In this document: piece by piece, positions 24,823 through 38,832 of the stretch
Position numbering within the stretch: position 1 is the stretch's first letter
Layout: each line of letters starts with the position of its first letter
Assembly (NCBI GenBank): GCA_951406725.2
Contig: OX597820.1
Coordinates: 23,126,001 to 23,190,000, forward strand
DNA length: 64,000 nucleotides
Source: Octopus vulgaris
Lineage: Eukaryota
Direction: 5' to 3'
Program-made: the position numbers and the translations under genes
Notes under the pieces: model-generated
What the model was told of the DNA's origin: nothing
Database searches by the model: none
Seen by the model: the letters and a program-made list of their open reading frames with translations, nothing else

Positions 24823-25307
24823 AGGAAATTGAAATACAAGACGACATTTTAAGTCAGTTATATAGTCAAGTCAGCAGAATGGATGCTTTACTGTTCATTG
24901 CCTCATGATTATGATTTCAAATCCCACCAAGAAGCAACAATGTCTCACAGTTCCAATGGTCAGGTATGACTGTATGGTAAGAAGTTTGCTTCCCACCCAT
25001 TTGGTTTTGAGTTCAGTCCCACTGTGTGGGACCTTGGGCAAGTGTCTTCTACTAAAGCCTCCAGGTTGTAATTATCATTTTGTGTGTGTGTGTTTGTCCC
25101 CACCTCCATTTGACAACTGGTGTTCTTTTATTTACCTCCCCTATAACTTAGCAGTTTGGCAAAAGGGTCCAATAGAATAAAAACCAGGCTTGAAAAATAG
25201 AAAGAAGTACTGGGGCCTATTCATTCGAGGTGGCATCCCAGCATGGCTGCAAATCTTATGACTGAAATAAGGTTAAAAGGTCAACAGTACCAGTAATAAG
25301 AGCCAAA

Positions 25308-25678
25308 GGTAGTTTTTGGTTATCTCACCCCCATTAAAAAATTGGGTTATCTCCCCTGTTTTATGAAAAATATCAGTACTTTTAGTTATCTCCCTAACTA
25401 AAAAAATGTTTAACCCTCAATAAAACAAAGAAAAAAAAAATGAAAAATTAATAAGCATGAAAACGGAAAAAATAAAAAGGAAAACTGAGAAGATTAAATA
25501 TCTTATTGAATCTTATTGAGGAGAGCAAACGTCAACAATGTGTTGAAGTATTGACTCAAAAGAATCAAACCCTTTTAATCCAATCTCTTGTCGCTACATA
25601 AACTCAACTTTTTAGTGGGGAGATAACCCGATTTTTTAATGGCAATTTTTTAATGGGGGTGAGATAACCAAAAAGTAC
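25308..25678. mobile_element. MITE with about 36-bp TIRs and 9-bp TSD (MULE/Merlin-like)
   Basis: TIR GTA(G/C)TTTTTGGTTATCTCACCCCCATTAAAAAATTG; TSD AGAGCCAAA at 25299-25307 and 25679-25687; subterminal GGTTATCTCCC repeats. Confidence 0.85.
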
Positions 25679-26137
25679 AGAGCCAAATTGAATCAAATAC
25701 ATAAAATATATATACATCAATACCCATACTCTCTCTCTCACATACACACACGCACACTCTTTATAACATCAGCAACTCACTCAGTTCAAAAGAAATCAAT
25801 TACAATAATAGCATAAATATGAGGAAAAAATGCTGGAGCTGCCAATATAAAAAAGAAAAAAAAAAGTGTGTAATTTAGCTGAAATGTTGCTAAACAACAG
25901 AGAGGAAGTTGGAGAGTATTGTGAGAGAACCCTGCAGAGTTTATTGATCGTCTGTCTTTTTTACAACTCACTCCCTGACTGACTGATGGCTGCCATCCAT
26001 CCACTCACTCACTGGCTGTTAATACTTGCCAACAGGCGAACCAGCTTTATTCTCCCTTTTGGGTTATGTTCAAAGATTAGATGAAAAATTTATTAAAATG
26101 AAACAAAATAAGAGGAAATGAAAAATTTAAAAAAAAA

Positions 26138-26173
<36 letters not shown>

Positions 26174-26965
26174 CTATTTCCTATCAATATCAAACAATCA
26201 TTACAACAATTAACGATTCTTATGGCAGTACACACACACGCATACATGTACATGTTTGGTGGCCAGTTGGGAGATTTGTTATAGTTCCATATAGGCTACT
26301 TTGTGAAAAATCATTCCAGCTCTTTTCGCACAGGTTCAAATCATGCAGAGTTCTCCATTGCTATTCTTACTTTCACGGTATGATAAAGTACTCGTTGCAT
26401 ACTGGTGTTGATTCTTCCTCCAACTCTCACTCTTTGTTTTTTTTTTGCCAATTGTCATACACACATAGAGACTACATACACATATAATGAAAGTCATAGT
26501 GTGTCAATCACCACAAACACACGTCTGCTATCTGTGACATATATACAAACATAGTCTTTGCATTATCTAAGAAAAAAAGAAATGTTGACTCCTTGACGTA
26601 CATAATATTTTAATCATTTAGAAATATTTTTAACTGATTTCAAAAACGTAAGTTTTTTGTACAGTAAGTATATATATTTATATATTTTAGCTTTCTTTAA
26701 ACAGACAATATTTTAATGTCTTTTTTAAAATTATTTTCAAGTGAATGGTGATCTTTCGCTTGTCATCTGGTGTTTGTTAATTTCCCTAAAAAATTTCTAT
26801 TTACATATTTCAAAGTTAAAGAGAAGAGAAAGTGAAAGATGTATGTATGTGTATATGAAATAGATTTGAGTGTGAACGAGAGAGAGAGAAAAAAGAGAGA
26901 GTGAAGGGGTATGTTGTCATGTATACATACATCAATACATATGCATACATCTTTTTTGGATGTAC

Positions 26966-27004
<39 letters not shown>

Positions 27005-27529
27005 TGAACATGTGCTCATGTATGTGTAACTGGCACTCTCTCTCTCTCTCTCTCTCTCTCACATACGCACGTTCATTCATACGTCTTTTATTTTCTCCTC
27101 TCTTTCACTTTAAAACAAAAGTAAATAAATAAAATTGTTTCAAGGAAATTAACAAACAAAACCAGCTGATCCGGATGACAGTTCTGAGAGTCAAAACGAA
27201 AGATCGCCCCAAGGGAATGCCATTACAAAAATTTTTCGAGCGCATCCAACATATCTCAGCTCAAAAGAGTTGACTGCTATATCTAGCATGCCCTGCTACA
27301 ACATAACAGCTACTTGCAATAAAGGACCCAAAATACCTGTTACATGGTAGCAGGGCATGTAAGAAAAAGAAGCCAAATCTTTCCATTTCTGGGGAAAGGA
27401 GATGATTTTGATGTCACATTTGTTGAGAGCATGCAAAATAACCTGGAAAAGAAAAAAAAAACCCACGAAACAAAACTTCCTTACTGGGAAACTTAGACTT
27501 TCCAGGTGACCCAACAGGTCATGGGTAGT

Positions 27530-27531
<2 letters not shown>

Positions 27532-27613
<82 letters not shown>

Positions 27614-27635
27614 TAGATATATATATATATATATC
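27532..27635. repeat. (TA)n(GATA)n compound microsatellite, followed by a family A SINE (about 27665-28075)
   Basis: Directly visible. Confidence 0.9.
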
Positions 27636-28812
27636 TTTCCATACCTGCTTGACAAGCAGCCAAAGCTGTTTGGTAAGAAGCTTGCTTCCCAACCACATGG
27701 TCCTGAGTTCAGTTCCAGTGTGACACCTTGGGCAAGTGTCTTCAACTATGGCCTTGGGCCAACCAAATCCTTGCGAGTGGATTTGTTAGGTGGAAACACA
27801 AAGAATCCTTTTGTGTATATATATACATACATAGATATATATGTATATATCTATGTGTGTGTGTGTCTTTATATTTGTGTTTGTCCCCCACCACCAATTG
27901 ACAACCAGTGTTGACATGTTTACATCCCCTGTAACTTAGTGGTTTGGCAAAAGTGACTGATAGAATAAATACTAGGCATACAAAGAATAAGACTTGGGGT
28001 TGATTTCTTTGACTAAAACCTTTTAAGGCAGTGCTCCAGCATGGCTGCAGTAAAATGACTAAAACAAAGTAAAAGAATATCTATCTATCTATATATCTAT
28101 ACATATATATAATCACACACACACACACAACAGGCTCCAAAGAACTCCCGTTTCCCACTTGAGTTACAAGGCATTGGTCAGCCTGGGGCTACAGTAGAAG
28201 ACACTTAGAATTAAACTTGAGCCCACATAACTGGGAAATGAAATTCTTAACCCCACAACCATACCTGCTTATCAAGAAAAGGGCACTAAAGATACCCTGT
28301 AAAGAAGCAATGAGTTGTTGTTTTAGCCATAGGTCAGTCATGACCGAGCAGACTTATGATTAAAGACATTCAAGCCTTGACCATATTGTCTTTTGTTTAG
28401 CTAGTGTGCAACCAAGACCACATGACATCTGCTATATCCTTCCTCTTTATAACAGCAGAGTGTCAGTTGAGGGAGATTGCTATTTCTAGCAAGTTGGCTG
28501 ACTACATAAAGGCTCCCTCATTGGTCTGATAAGCAATGAAAGTTGCACAGTAATGGATGATGTCACTGTCTAGCCTCTAATTGACAAGCTTTCATGAAAA
28601 GAACATACTGAACAATAGATGCAAGAGAATTTTGGATCTAGTTGATAAGCTAGTAACAAAAGAATATCATCACCGTTATCATCATCATCAACAACATCAT
28701 TATCATTATTCCTATCACCAACATCATCAACATTCCCATTCCATTACTATTTAATTATAATGAATACCAATGTAAGTTTATATATATGTATGTGTGTATG
28801 TATGTATGCATA

Positions 28813-28848
<36 letters not shown>

Positions 28849-29074
28849 TGTATACACACACACACAGATATTTTCATCCTGACTCACTTTGGCAGCATCA
28901 GGTTCCATAACTTTACTGAGTTAACAATGTGTAAGGAACAGGTAATGACAAATGACCAAGACCTTTGGCATTATGCCATGCTTAAGAAGAAGACCCATCA
29001 AGCCAAGGGAAATCATAGTCATCATGACAGATACTGGTGTCTCAAAACTGGCACCTGTGCAAGTGGCACATAAA

Positions 29075-29515
29075 CTTAAAATCTTCAAAGCTACAGTCGA
29101 ACCAATTCTACTATATGGCTCAGAAACCTGGACATTATCAAAGAAGCTTGAGAGGCGGTTGGATGGAACTTACACTCGCCTCCTTATGAGAGCTCAAAAC
29201 CTCTCATGGAAGCGTCATCCAACCAAAGTACAAATATATGGGAAATTACCACCTGTATCATCTCTTGTGAAAGGTAGAAGAGTCCAGTTTGCTGGACATT
29301 GTTGTAGAGCTGAAAACGAGGTAATTTCTACTCTTCTCCCCTGGAAGCCATCTGCTCGCAATACCAGAGGGCGCACACTCTCCTACCCTGATGTAATCTC
29401 CAGGGCTACAGGCATCCAGTAACAGGACCTCCGTAATGCTATGATGGACCGTGAAGTCTAGCGTAACATAGTAAACTCCATGGTCTCGACCACGGTCAAA
29501 CAATTATGATGATGA
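29075..29515 (+). mobile_element. 5'-truncated second RTE-type LINE nested in a LINE tail
   Basis: IFKATVEPILLYGSETWTLSKKLERRLDGTYTRLLMRA...QFAGHC; (GAT)n tail; TSD TGGCACATAAA at 29064-29074 and 29516-29526. Confidence 0.9.
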
Positions 29516-30693
29516 TGGCACATAAAAGTACGCATTACATTCTCAGAGTGGTTGGCATTAGGAAGGGCATCCAGCTGTAGAAACCTTGCCAAAACAGACT
29601 AGAGTCTGGCACAGCCTTCCAGCTAGCCAGCCCTGGTCAAACTGTCCAACCCATGCCAGCATGGACAACGGATGTTAAATGATGATGATGATGAATTTTT
29701 CTTCTTTTACTAGTGCACATAGTAATGGCTGTGTGGTGAGAAGCTTGCTTCCCAACTACATGGTTCCAGGTTTAGTCCCACTGTATAGTATCTTGGGCAA
29801 CTGTCTTCTACTATAGCCTTGGAGCAACCAAAACCTTATGAGTGGATTTGATAGATGGAAACTAAAAGAAGCCCATCACATGTATATCATCATCGTTTAA
29901 CATCTGCTTTCTATATATATATATATGTGTGTGTGACAGTTTCTGTAAATAACAATAATGATAGTATCTTATAAGCTTAAAGCTTATAGCGATCCCCATG
30001 TGATGACAAAAAAATAGTCTGATAATGGGGCATATAAGCCCTCGATGGAAAAAAGTAGGTTTTCCCATGCGCAGTGATTGCTATAAGCTTTAAGCTTATA
30101 AAATAATATATATACACACACACAGTGTCTGTCTTTATGTCTGTTCCCCCACCACCACCACTTGGCAACTGTTCTTTGGTAAAAGAGTTTCACGATAAAT
30201 ACCAGGCTTAAAAAAAAAACAAGTACTGGAGTTGATACATTCAACTAAAAAAATTCAACAAAGTGCCCCAGCATGGTCACAGACTAATGATTGAAACAAG
30301 TAAAAGATTAAAGATAACACGCACACTGATATGTATGTATGTGTTCTGCTTGCATCTTTGTATTCGTTTTCACTTTTGTAACTTATATATGTGTGTGTGT
30401 GTGTATGTATAAGAAGAGTGTTTATAATTATGAACATATAAGGGTTTTTGAAACCCACTTAGTTATAATTGTGACTTGTTCATAATTATAAACATTGTTC
30501 TTCTATGTATTTTATGATAACATGTTTAGCCATTGATACATTCATAAATAATTTTAATTGCTTATAATATAACCTCCATAATGTATTTTTACATTACTTT
30601 TTAACTCTCTCTCTCACTCTCTCTCTCTCTATATATATATATGTGTGTGTGTGTGTATATATATATATATGTGTATGTATATGTGTATATATA

Positions 30694-30744
<51 letters not shown>

Positions 30745-31099
30745 GTATGTATACGGGGACACACACACACACTGGGCTTCCATCTATCAAATTCACTCAC
30801 AAACCATTGGTTAGCCAGAAACTAAATTAGACACTTGCCCGAGGTGCTGCACAGTAGGACTGAATCCAAAAGTCACATGACTGTGAAGTAAACACCCCAA
30901 CAACAAGTACAACAAATACATTATTTTCTGAACATTTTTAGATCCAAATTTTTTTAAATGCATTTAACTGTTGGACAGTTCTGAAATTTTCCATAATTAT
31001 TTTAACAATTGTTCTGACAGGTATTGAACAGATCTTTAATTCAAAATATTGATCTTTGCTCATCCCATCTATCAATGTCCAAAGTTCTAAAGTCTAACC

Positions 31100-31318
31100 C
31101 AGTGGTTTTCAACCAGGGTTCTGCGGAACCTTAGGGTTCTGCCAGTACAGTCCAGGGGTTCCGCAAGAAGTTACAAAACTGCTAAGATCGGCAGTAATTT
31201 TTAATTTTCCTGTGCAGATATGTGTGCATAAGACTATTAAATTATTACACAGGGGTTCCCCGAGCTAGTGGAATGTTTCCTTGGGGTTCCGCTCCAGCAA
31301 AAAGTTTGAAAAGCACTG
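31100..31318. mobile_element. hAT-type MITE
   Basis: CAGTGGTTTTCAACC ... TTTGAAAAGCACTG; 8-bp TSD GTCTAACC on both sides; internal GGGTTCCGC repeats. Confidence 0.9.
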
Positions 31319-32099
31319 GTCTAACCTAACAACTCCAGAACTAGTCTACCTCTACCATCTACTACCGTCTTTTTTTCATACAGTATACACTGCATATTTC
31401 CATGATACGGTCATAATGGCATAGTTATATTTCTGTAGTGTATATGTCATTTAAAGGTGGTGAGTGGTAAACAGGATCGTTAGCATGCTGGGCAAAATGC
31501 TTAGCAGTATTTCATCTGTCCAAACACTCTGAGCTCAAATTCCACTGAAGTTGACTTCGCCTCTCATCCTTTTGGGGTCAATAAAATAAGTCCCAGTTGA
31601 ATACTAGGTTTGATGCAATCAACTTAGCTATTCCTGGGTATGAGTATAAAAAACTGTATCTGTCTGCTAAGCCATGTTGAGCCAGTGTGGTAGAGCAGGC
31701 TCATCAAACCAGTATAATCTCAAGCTCAAATTCACAGCCTCCACATCAAACTGTGGTCAGTGGAGAGAACATGCTGAGGTCTCTGTCCTGCAGTGGACTG
31801 AACATGGGCAATCCAGTCCAGTATGTCATCTATTTTTTTCTCATGAGCTCTAGGGTTCATAAGGTCAGAGCTTAATCCAGTTTCCACAGCATGTAAGTGA
31901 TTCAGATTACAACACTGAATGTGATGCCAGTCCATCACAAGGTAAACTTCCCAGTAACTGCAGGAACTCATAGCTGAGTGAAATGATTGGCTCAAGAGCA
32001 CAATGCATCACCCAGTTTAGGGGTCAAAACCATGATCCTACAACTGTGAGTGTAACAACTTAAACACTAGGCCATGCAATATCATTGATGATGTCTTTT

Positions 32100-32476
32100 T
32101 TTACTCTTTTACTTGTTTCAGTCATTTGACTGCGGCCATGTTGAGCAAATTGACCCCAGGACTTATTCTTTGTAAGCCTAGTACTTATTCTATCGTCTCT
32201 TTTGCCGAACCACTTAGTTACGGGGACGAAAAGACACCACCATCGGTTGTCAAGCGATGTTGGGGGGGGGGGAGAGGCACAGACACACAAACACACATAT
32301 ATATACATATACATGACGGACTTCTTTCAGTTTCCGTATACCAAATCCACTAACAAGGCTTTGGTCGGCCCAAGGTTATAGTAGAAGACACCTGCCCAAG
32401 GTGCCACACAGTGGGACTGAACCCGGAACCATGTGGTTGGTAAGCAAGCTACTTACCACACAGCCACTCCTGTGCC
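32100..32476 (-). mobile_element. SINE family A copy
   Basis: Reverse-complement match. Confidence 0.9.
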
Positions 32477-33174
32477 TTTTAGCATTCAGATTATTCCGTC
32501 AAATATAATGCTTATTTACTCACACTAATGAGACCTGTGAATATTTCATGGAATTAATGGTAAAATTATTGGGCCATTTCTGAAAACTTTATCCCCAAAA
32601 CCTGAAAGCGTAGCCTGTGTTATGTCTGTATCAAAAGATAGTAATTCGTTTGTTAATCATTGTAAAGTGAAGGTAATTGGAATACGATGATCACTTAATG
32701 CACTTTTTATATACATTTTATATACTTTATGCACAATTTTATAGATTCTATACACACCATTCTCCCTCTTTTTCTTTCAGTCTTCGCTTTTCCCTTCAAC
32801 TAATCATGTGAAAGCATTACAGATGGGTTAAGTAATGGAGGAAAAAGAAACTTAGTTCAGAAAATAAAAATTACACATTTCACTCACCACCACCTCTGCC
32901 TCCCAACTAATCACATGGAAGCATTATGGATGGGCTAAGTAACAGAGGAATAAGCAGAAGCAGAATTATTATAAGATTGCTTTAAATCAATCATGCATTG
33001 TGACCTTGAAATTTTGATGATGTGATTGTTTATTTTTGAATGACATTATAAGGTAGGTATGAGAAACCAGATCTGGCTGGTTTGAACATAAAACAGGTGG
33101 AATATTTTGGGCAGTTATGGCCTTTTAAATGTTAAAGGATTAAATTTGGTCTTGAGAAAGGCATATTCACCATG

Positions 33175-33420
33175 GCCTTCATAGCTCGTCAGAGACAGTC
33201 GAGATCAATATGGTTAACATTCTTCTTGAACAATTGCAAGTTAACAGCTGCAAGAAGAAAGTTCCTGTCAGACAGGTGACTGTCTCTGAGTGCAGTCTGA
33301 GATGTTTATGTTAGCAGCATACGTTTCCAAATACAGGAACAGAGCAACATTGTGGGCCTCACTTGATCTTTATAGAAGGCAAGCAGTTGGTGGCTGCAGT
33401 ATTTTCTGGACACTTAGCCA
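33175..33420 (-). mobile_element. Highly decayed CR1/Jockey-group RT C-terminal remnant
   Basis: Minus frame LLAFYKDQVRPTMLLCSCIW resembles LY...VRP.MEY...W. Confidence 0.5.
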
Positions 33421-34289
33421 ACTCACCTGTACAATCAATAATAATCGACTCCATCGGTCACGAATGACCATGGGTGCAACTAAGAGGTTCCCCTCTGGGA
33501 TACAAGTCTGGGTGGAAAGTCACTTCACTGGCAAACGAACAACCTAGGGTTGTTTTTATGGAAGACCAGCAGTCACCCATGCATACCAGCCTCCCCTCTC
33601 CATACCACTGATGTTATCCAAGGGAAAGGCAAAGGGGTCGATACAGCTTGGCACCAGTGATGTCGCAACTCATTTCTACAGCTGAATGAAGTGGAGCAAT
33701 GTGAAATAAAGTGTCTTGCTCAAGAACACAACACACAGCTCGGTCAAGGAATCGAACTCACAACCTCACAATCGTAAGCTTCATGCTCTAACCACTGAGC
33801 CATGTGCTTTCACTGATCTGTATAAACTCAAGTTATACCAGCCCAGTCAATGCAAAATATATCCACAACTATTGTTAAAATTTCAAACTGCATTAGAGTT
33901 CTGATATAGACTCCATATGGAATTTTCAAGCAAGCTGGCAGAATTGTTTGAGTATCAGAAAAAATTCTTCGTAATATTTCTTTTGACTCAATACATTAGG
34001 AGTTCACATTCTGCTGAAGTCGACTTTGCCTTTCATCCTTTTGAGGTCAATAAAATAAGTACCTGCCAAGTAATGGGATTGATTGACTTGTAATTGCCCT
34101 TTCTCTCAAAATTAGCAATTTTTGGCATTGTACCAAAATGAGAAACAATTATTAATGAGTGCACACACATACACACAGAGGTTCATATTTTAAATCAAAT
34201 AGCTGTAATTTACTTCCACAACCAGCTGTATAATGATAAAAATCAAAATCATAATCAAATTCAAGATTGAAATCAAAATGGAGATCATA

Positions 34290-34646
34290 GTTGTGGCCGA
34301 TACCAGTGCTGCCTGACTGCCACCCATACTGGTGACACATAATAAGCACCATTCAAGCATGGGTCGATGCCAGAGCCGCCTGACTGGCTCTGCATGCTGG
34401 TGGCATGTAAAAAGCATCATCCAAATGTGGTTGATGCCATCCAGCCCCCACTGACTGGCTCTTGTGCCAGTGGCACATAAAAAGCACTCTCCGAGTAGTT
34501 GGCATTAGGAAGGGCATCCAGCTGTAAAAACCTTGCCAGATCAGATTGGAGCCTGGTGCAGCCTTCTGGCTTGCGAGTCCCCAGTCAAACCATCCAACTC
34601 ATGCCAGCATGGAAAACAGATGATAAACGGGGATGATGATGATGAT
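34290..34646 (+). mobile_element. Solo RTE-LINE 3' UTR/tail with three repeat units
   Basis: Matches 1425-1978. Similar solo tails at about 2480-2705, 15260-15450, 40550-40740 (-), 49185-49375 (-), 51680-51905, 51913-52165 (-), 53030-53220 (-) and 55556-55835 (-). Confidence 0.85.
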
Positions 34647-36499
34647 GTAATAACTTCTTAACTTAAAACATAGCTAGACTATTATAGCAACTTTCAATTG
34701 TACTAAATTGCATATGCACCTTTCCTGTATATGTTTATACATTTTGTGCTGCATTCTTGAAGTAGAAATGTGTTGAGCAGTGTTGGCATAATGGTTTTGG
34801 CGTCACTGATTCAATGCTGACTCATTTGACATCAGATGTCTAAAGTTTCTCTCTTTCTTTCCCTCTCTCTCTGTTTATATGTGTGAGCATATTTCTCTGT
34901 GTTTGGGGAGAGGGAAATGTTTATGTTAATCATGGTTAATTAATAAACAGTAATGTCCCCCACCTCTCTCTCTCCGTATATGTATATTTTTGCATGCACA
35001 TACACATATGTGCCTCTATCTCTAGCACCAAAAGTACTCTCACCAAAACAGGCTGAATGTCCAAGATGGCAATGCCAAGTCAGCTGCATTTAAACAGCTG
35101 TGCCAAAATGTCTAACTCCAATATTACACACATTAAAGACGGTAAGCTGGCAGAATTGTTAGCACACCAGCAAAATGCTTAGTGGCATTTCGTCTGTCTT
35201 TACATTCCAAGTTCAAATTTATCTGTCATCCTTTCTGGTTTCATAAAAGAAGTACCAGCTGAACACTGGGGTCGATGTAATCGACATACTTCCTCCCCGA
35301 AATTGCTGTCCTTGCATCAAAATTTGGAACTAATATTTCACATGTTATTAGAACACTTTATTTTCACAGCTGGATGGATTAAGTCCATCATGTTCGATTA
35401 ACAAATCGTAATATGTCTGTGAAGGCACATAGCTTGGTGGTTGGAGCATTAGGCTCACAATCATGAGGTAGTGAGTTCAATTCCTGGATCAGGTTGTGTG
35501 TTGTGTTCTTGAGCAAGACACTTTATTTCTTGTTGGTCCAATTCACTCAGCTGTCGAAATGAGTTTCTGGTGCCAAGCTGTATCGGCCTTTGCCTTTCCC
35601 TTGGATAACATCAGTGGTGTGGAGAGAGGAAGCTGGTATGCATGGGCGACTGCTGGTCTTCCATAAACAACCTTGCTCTGACTTGGTCTTGGAGGGTAAC
35701 TTTCCAGGTGCAATCCCAAGGTCATTCATGATTGAATGGGGTCTAAAGGAATGTCTCTGTCTCTTTTGCCCTCATCTCTATCTCTCTAAATGTGTACATT
35801 TTTGCTCACATACATGTGTGTTGCCCTCCAACACCGTAAAAATACTGTCGCTAAAACAGGCAGAATGTCCAGTCAGCTGTGCCAAAAAATCGGCACCCAG
35901 ACAGCCATGGCAAACTGTCTCTTTTTGATCTCCCCATGCTTTACGGTACACAACATTCTTGTTTTACTCCAACAGAGAAAATACAAGCACCAAAGGAAAC
36001 CTCACTACACCACTATTATCTACAATAACCTAGGGCAGATCTTTATAAACTTTCCACATTAGTGACACACTTCTTAAAATAAAATCTTTCATGACACATT
36101 ACTTTCTTTTGTTAGTAATTAACTATCATATTACAGGTCACCAATCAAATATATAATTGTACACAAGAGTTGCCACATCTCATACTTCAACAGTCAAATC
36201 ATTATTATAATTTTTGTGAAATCTGTCTTCCTGTAACAACTTCCAGTTTGGTTTGCAGCTAGCCCCACACTTTTGCTCTCTCCTTCTGTTAGTCTGTATG
36301 GATGTATGTATGTATGTACAAAGACACATATTTATCTCAACACACTCATTAAAGACACTAAGCTACCAATTTGGAAAATATCAAATTTCTTTGAAAATAA
36401 ACAAGTTTACTACAAAACTGAGAGGAAACAATGAATCTCTAGTGTTTAAATTTCTCTTATGAAAACTTACAAATAAATATTCATTTATCTCTCTTTACA

Positions 36500-36940
36500 C
36501 TTTACTCTTTTACTTGTTTCAGCCATTTGACTGTGGCCATGCTGGAGCACCGCCTTTAGTCGAGCAAATCGACCTCAGGACTTATTCTTTGGAAGCCTAG
36601 TACTTATTCTATCGGTTTCTTTTGCCGAACCGCTAAGTTACAGGGATGTAAACACACTACCATCAGTTGTCAAGCGATGTTGGGGGGGGGGTAAACACAG
36701 ACACACAAACATATACACACACAAACATACGCACACACACACACATATATATATATATATACACACACACACATATATATACGACGGGCTTCTTTCAGTT
36801 TCCGTCTACCAAATCCACTCACAAGGCTTTGGTCGGCCCAAGGCTATAGTAGAAGACACTTGCCCAAGGTGCCACACAGTGGGACTGAACCAGGAACCAT
36901 GTGGTTGGTAAGCAAGCTACTTACCACACAGCCACTCCTA
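36500..36940 (-). mobile_element. SINE family A copy (young, CpGs mostly intact)
   Basis: Reverse-complement match. Confidence 0.9.
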
Positions 36941-38832
36941 TACCTATTTATTTTCATAAACTAATTTCTTTACAATAAGAAATGCCATGTGTCTTCTATC
37001 TTGTCAGTGAGTGTCATTATTTTCATCTCTCACCCTATCACTGTAACAAGAGAAGCCCACAGGAATTCCAATTATGAAAATGTAAAATTCACTAAAAACA
37101 TTGTATACAAAGACAATGTGTGGTTGGCAAAAATTTCCTGACTGTGGTTTGTTGTATATAATAATGTTGTGTGGAGAAATGAAAACTGTTAAAAAATGGT
37201 ATGCATTTTGTTCTATTAAATGTTTCTTCTTTATCAATATTGTGTTACATTTCTTTTACTTAATTCTTTGTTGAATATATATCTGTATTTCACAGAAACA
37301 AAGTAATACTTTATTCCAGGCACAAAACAGTGTGTTGTCTAGAAGTATAGTATTCATAAGAATTGATTAGATCTGGTGTAATTTCATGACACAATTTTAA
37401 TGTCACAGTTTGAAAACCTTTGCCCCAGGGTGTCACAGCACCCCAGTAGGAAACCACTGCAGCAGAGTCTGTGGATGTATTTATGACTATGATGACTACA
37501 ATACCAAATTCATATCGTTGCTATTATGTTAAACTGTCCTATGTCGAAATTTGGCCAAATGCATTTTTTTCAATATTTAATTTTGCTTGCAATAGCCTGT
37601 TATTTTGGTCAAACTATCGTATCTCCAACTGCTTCAGATGAAAATTGTCAAAGTGTAGTACAACGGTTTAGCATTTTTCAAAAGCATAATAAGCCCCATG
37701 TATGACAGTTTTGCAAAAATATTTCTGACTGAAAATATCATACATGTATGGAGTTTAAGATTTTATGCACCCAACAAAGTATGAAATATAGAACTTTGTC
37801 TTGTTTAAGTATTTTCTTACTATAGATAATGAAATTTAAACTAAAAGTGAAAACAATATCTATTTACAGATTTAGTATATTTTTTTCCCTTTATCCTTTT
37901 AACATTTGGATTTCTTTGTCAAATGTAATGTTTATTTATTCCCATTAATTTGAATTAGTCAAGCATTACCTTATAGCTTTGAGATTTCGTTGATGTGATT
38001 GTTTATTTTTAGAATAATATTGAAAGGGAAGTGTGAGAGGCCAGAGCTGGCGAGCTTGAAGAGAAAAAGGGGATAGAATATTTTGGTTGGATATGGATGG
38101 TTTCAATACTAAAGGGTTAACTCAAATGATAGAAACAATGCCTAAAACACTTGAACATCCCTCCATTCTAGCGAGGTAAGTATAGCTGATGTTCAGCTTG
38201 TACCTTTGTTAGTTGGTGTATGGAAGAGGGGAGAAAGAGAGAGACAGACAGTGATAGAGAGAGCATATTCAGTGACAAAATTGGAAGGATGAAGGATAAG
38301 AAGAAGCAGAACATAATGACTAGATACAGCTTTTTGGATGTTGTTGATTTGGCACTGAAGGTTATCGGTTGTGTGTGTAGAAATATACACATTCAGACAG
38401 AGAGAGACATTACAGTTTATAAATTGAACATGATGGACAAAAATACTTTCCCTTTCCTCATATATCATCATCATTTAATGTCCATTTTCCACACCAGCAT
38501 GGATTAGGTAGTTTGACAGGATCTGGCAAGGCCAGGAGCTACACCAGGTCCCATAGTCTGTTTTGGCTTGATTTCTACAACTGGATGCCCTTCCTAAAAA
38601 TCCACCCACTTTACAAAGTGTACTGGGTGCTTTTTACATGGTACCAGCACAGTGAGAAATATGTGTACACACACAAACAAAGAAGGAAAGAAAGATTGAG
38701 GAAAATATTGAAACATCTGATGTCAAACAGGTCAGCATTAAAATAGCAATGCCAAAATGTCTCATACCCAGGGAGAAAGTGTTTAATACATTGCCAGCAA
38801 CAGTCAAGATGAGAGATAGGTGCAACAGGGAG

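Noticed and set aside
27165-27210. Hammerhead-like CTGAGAG...GAAA
   Set aside because: It does not match the CUGANGA core and I could not find flanking stems.
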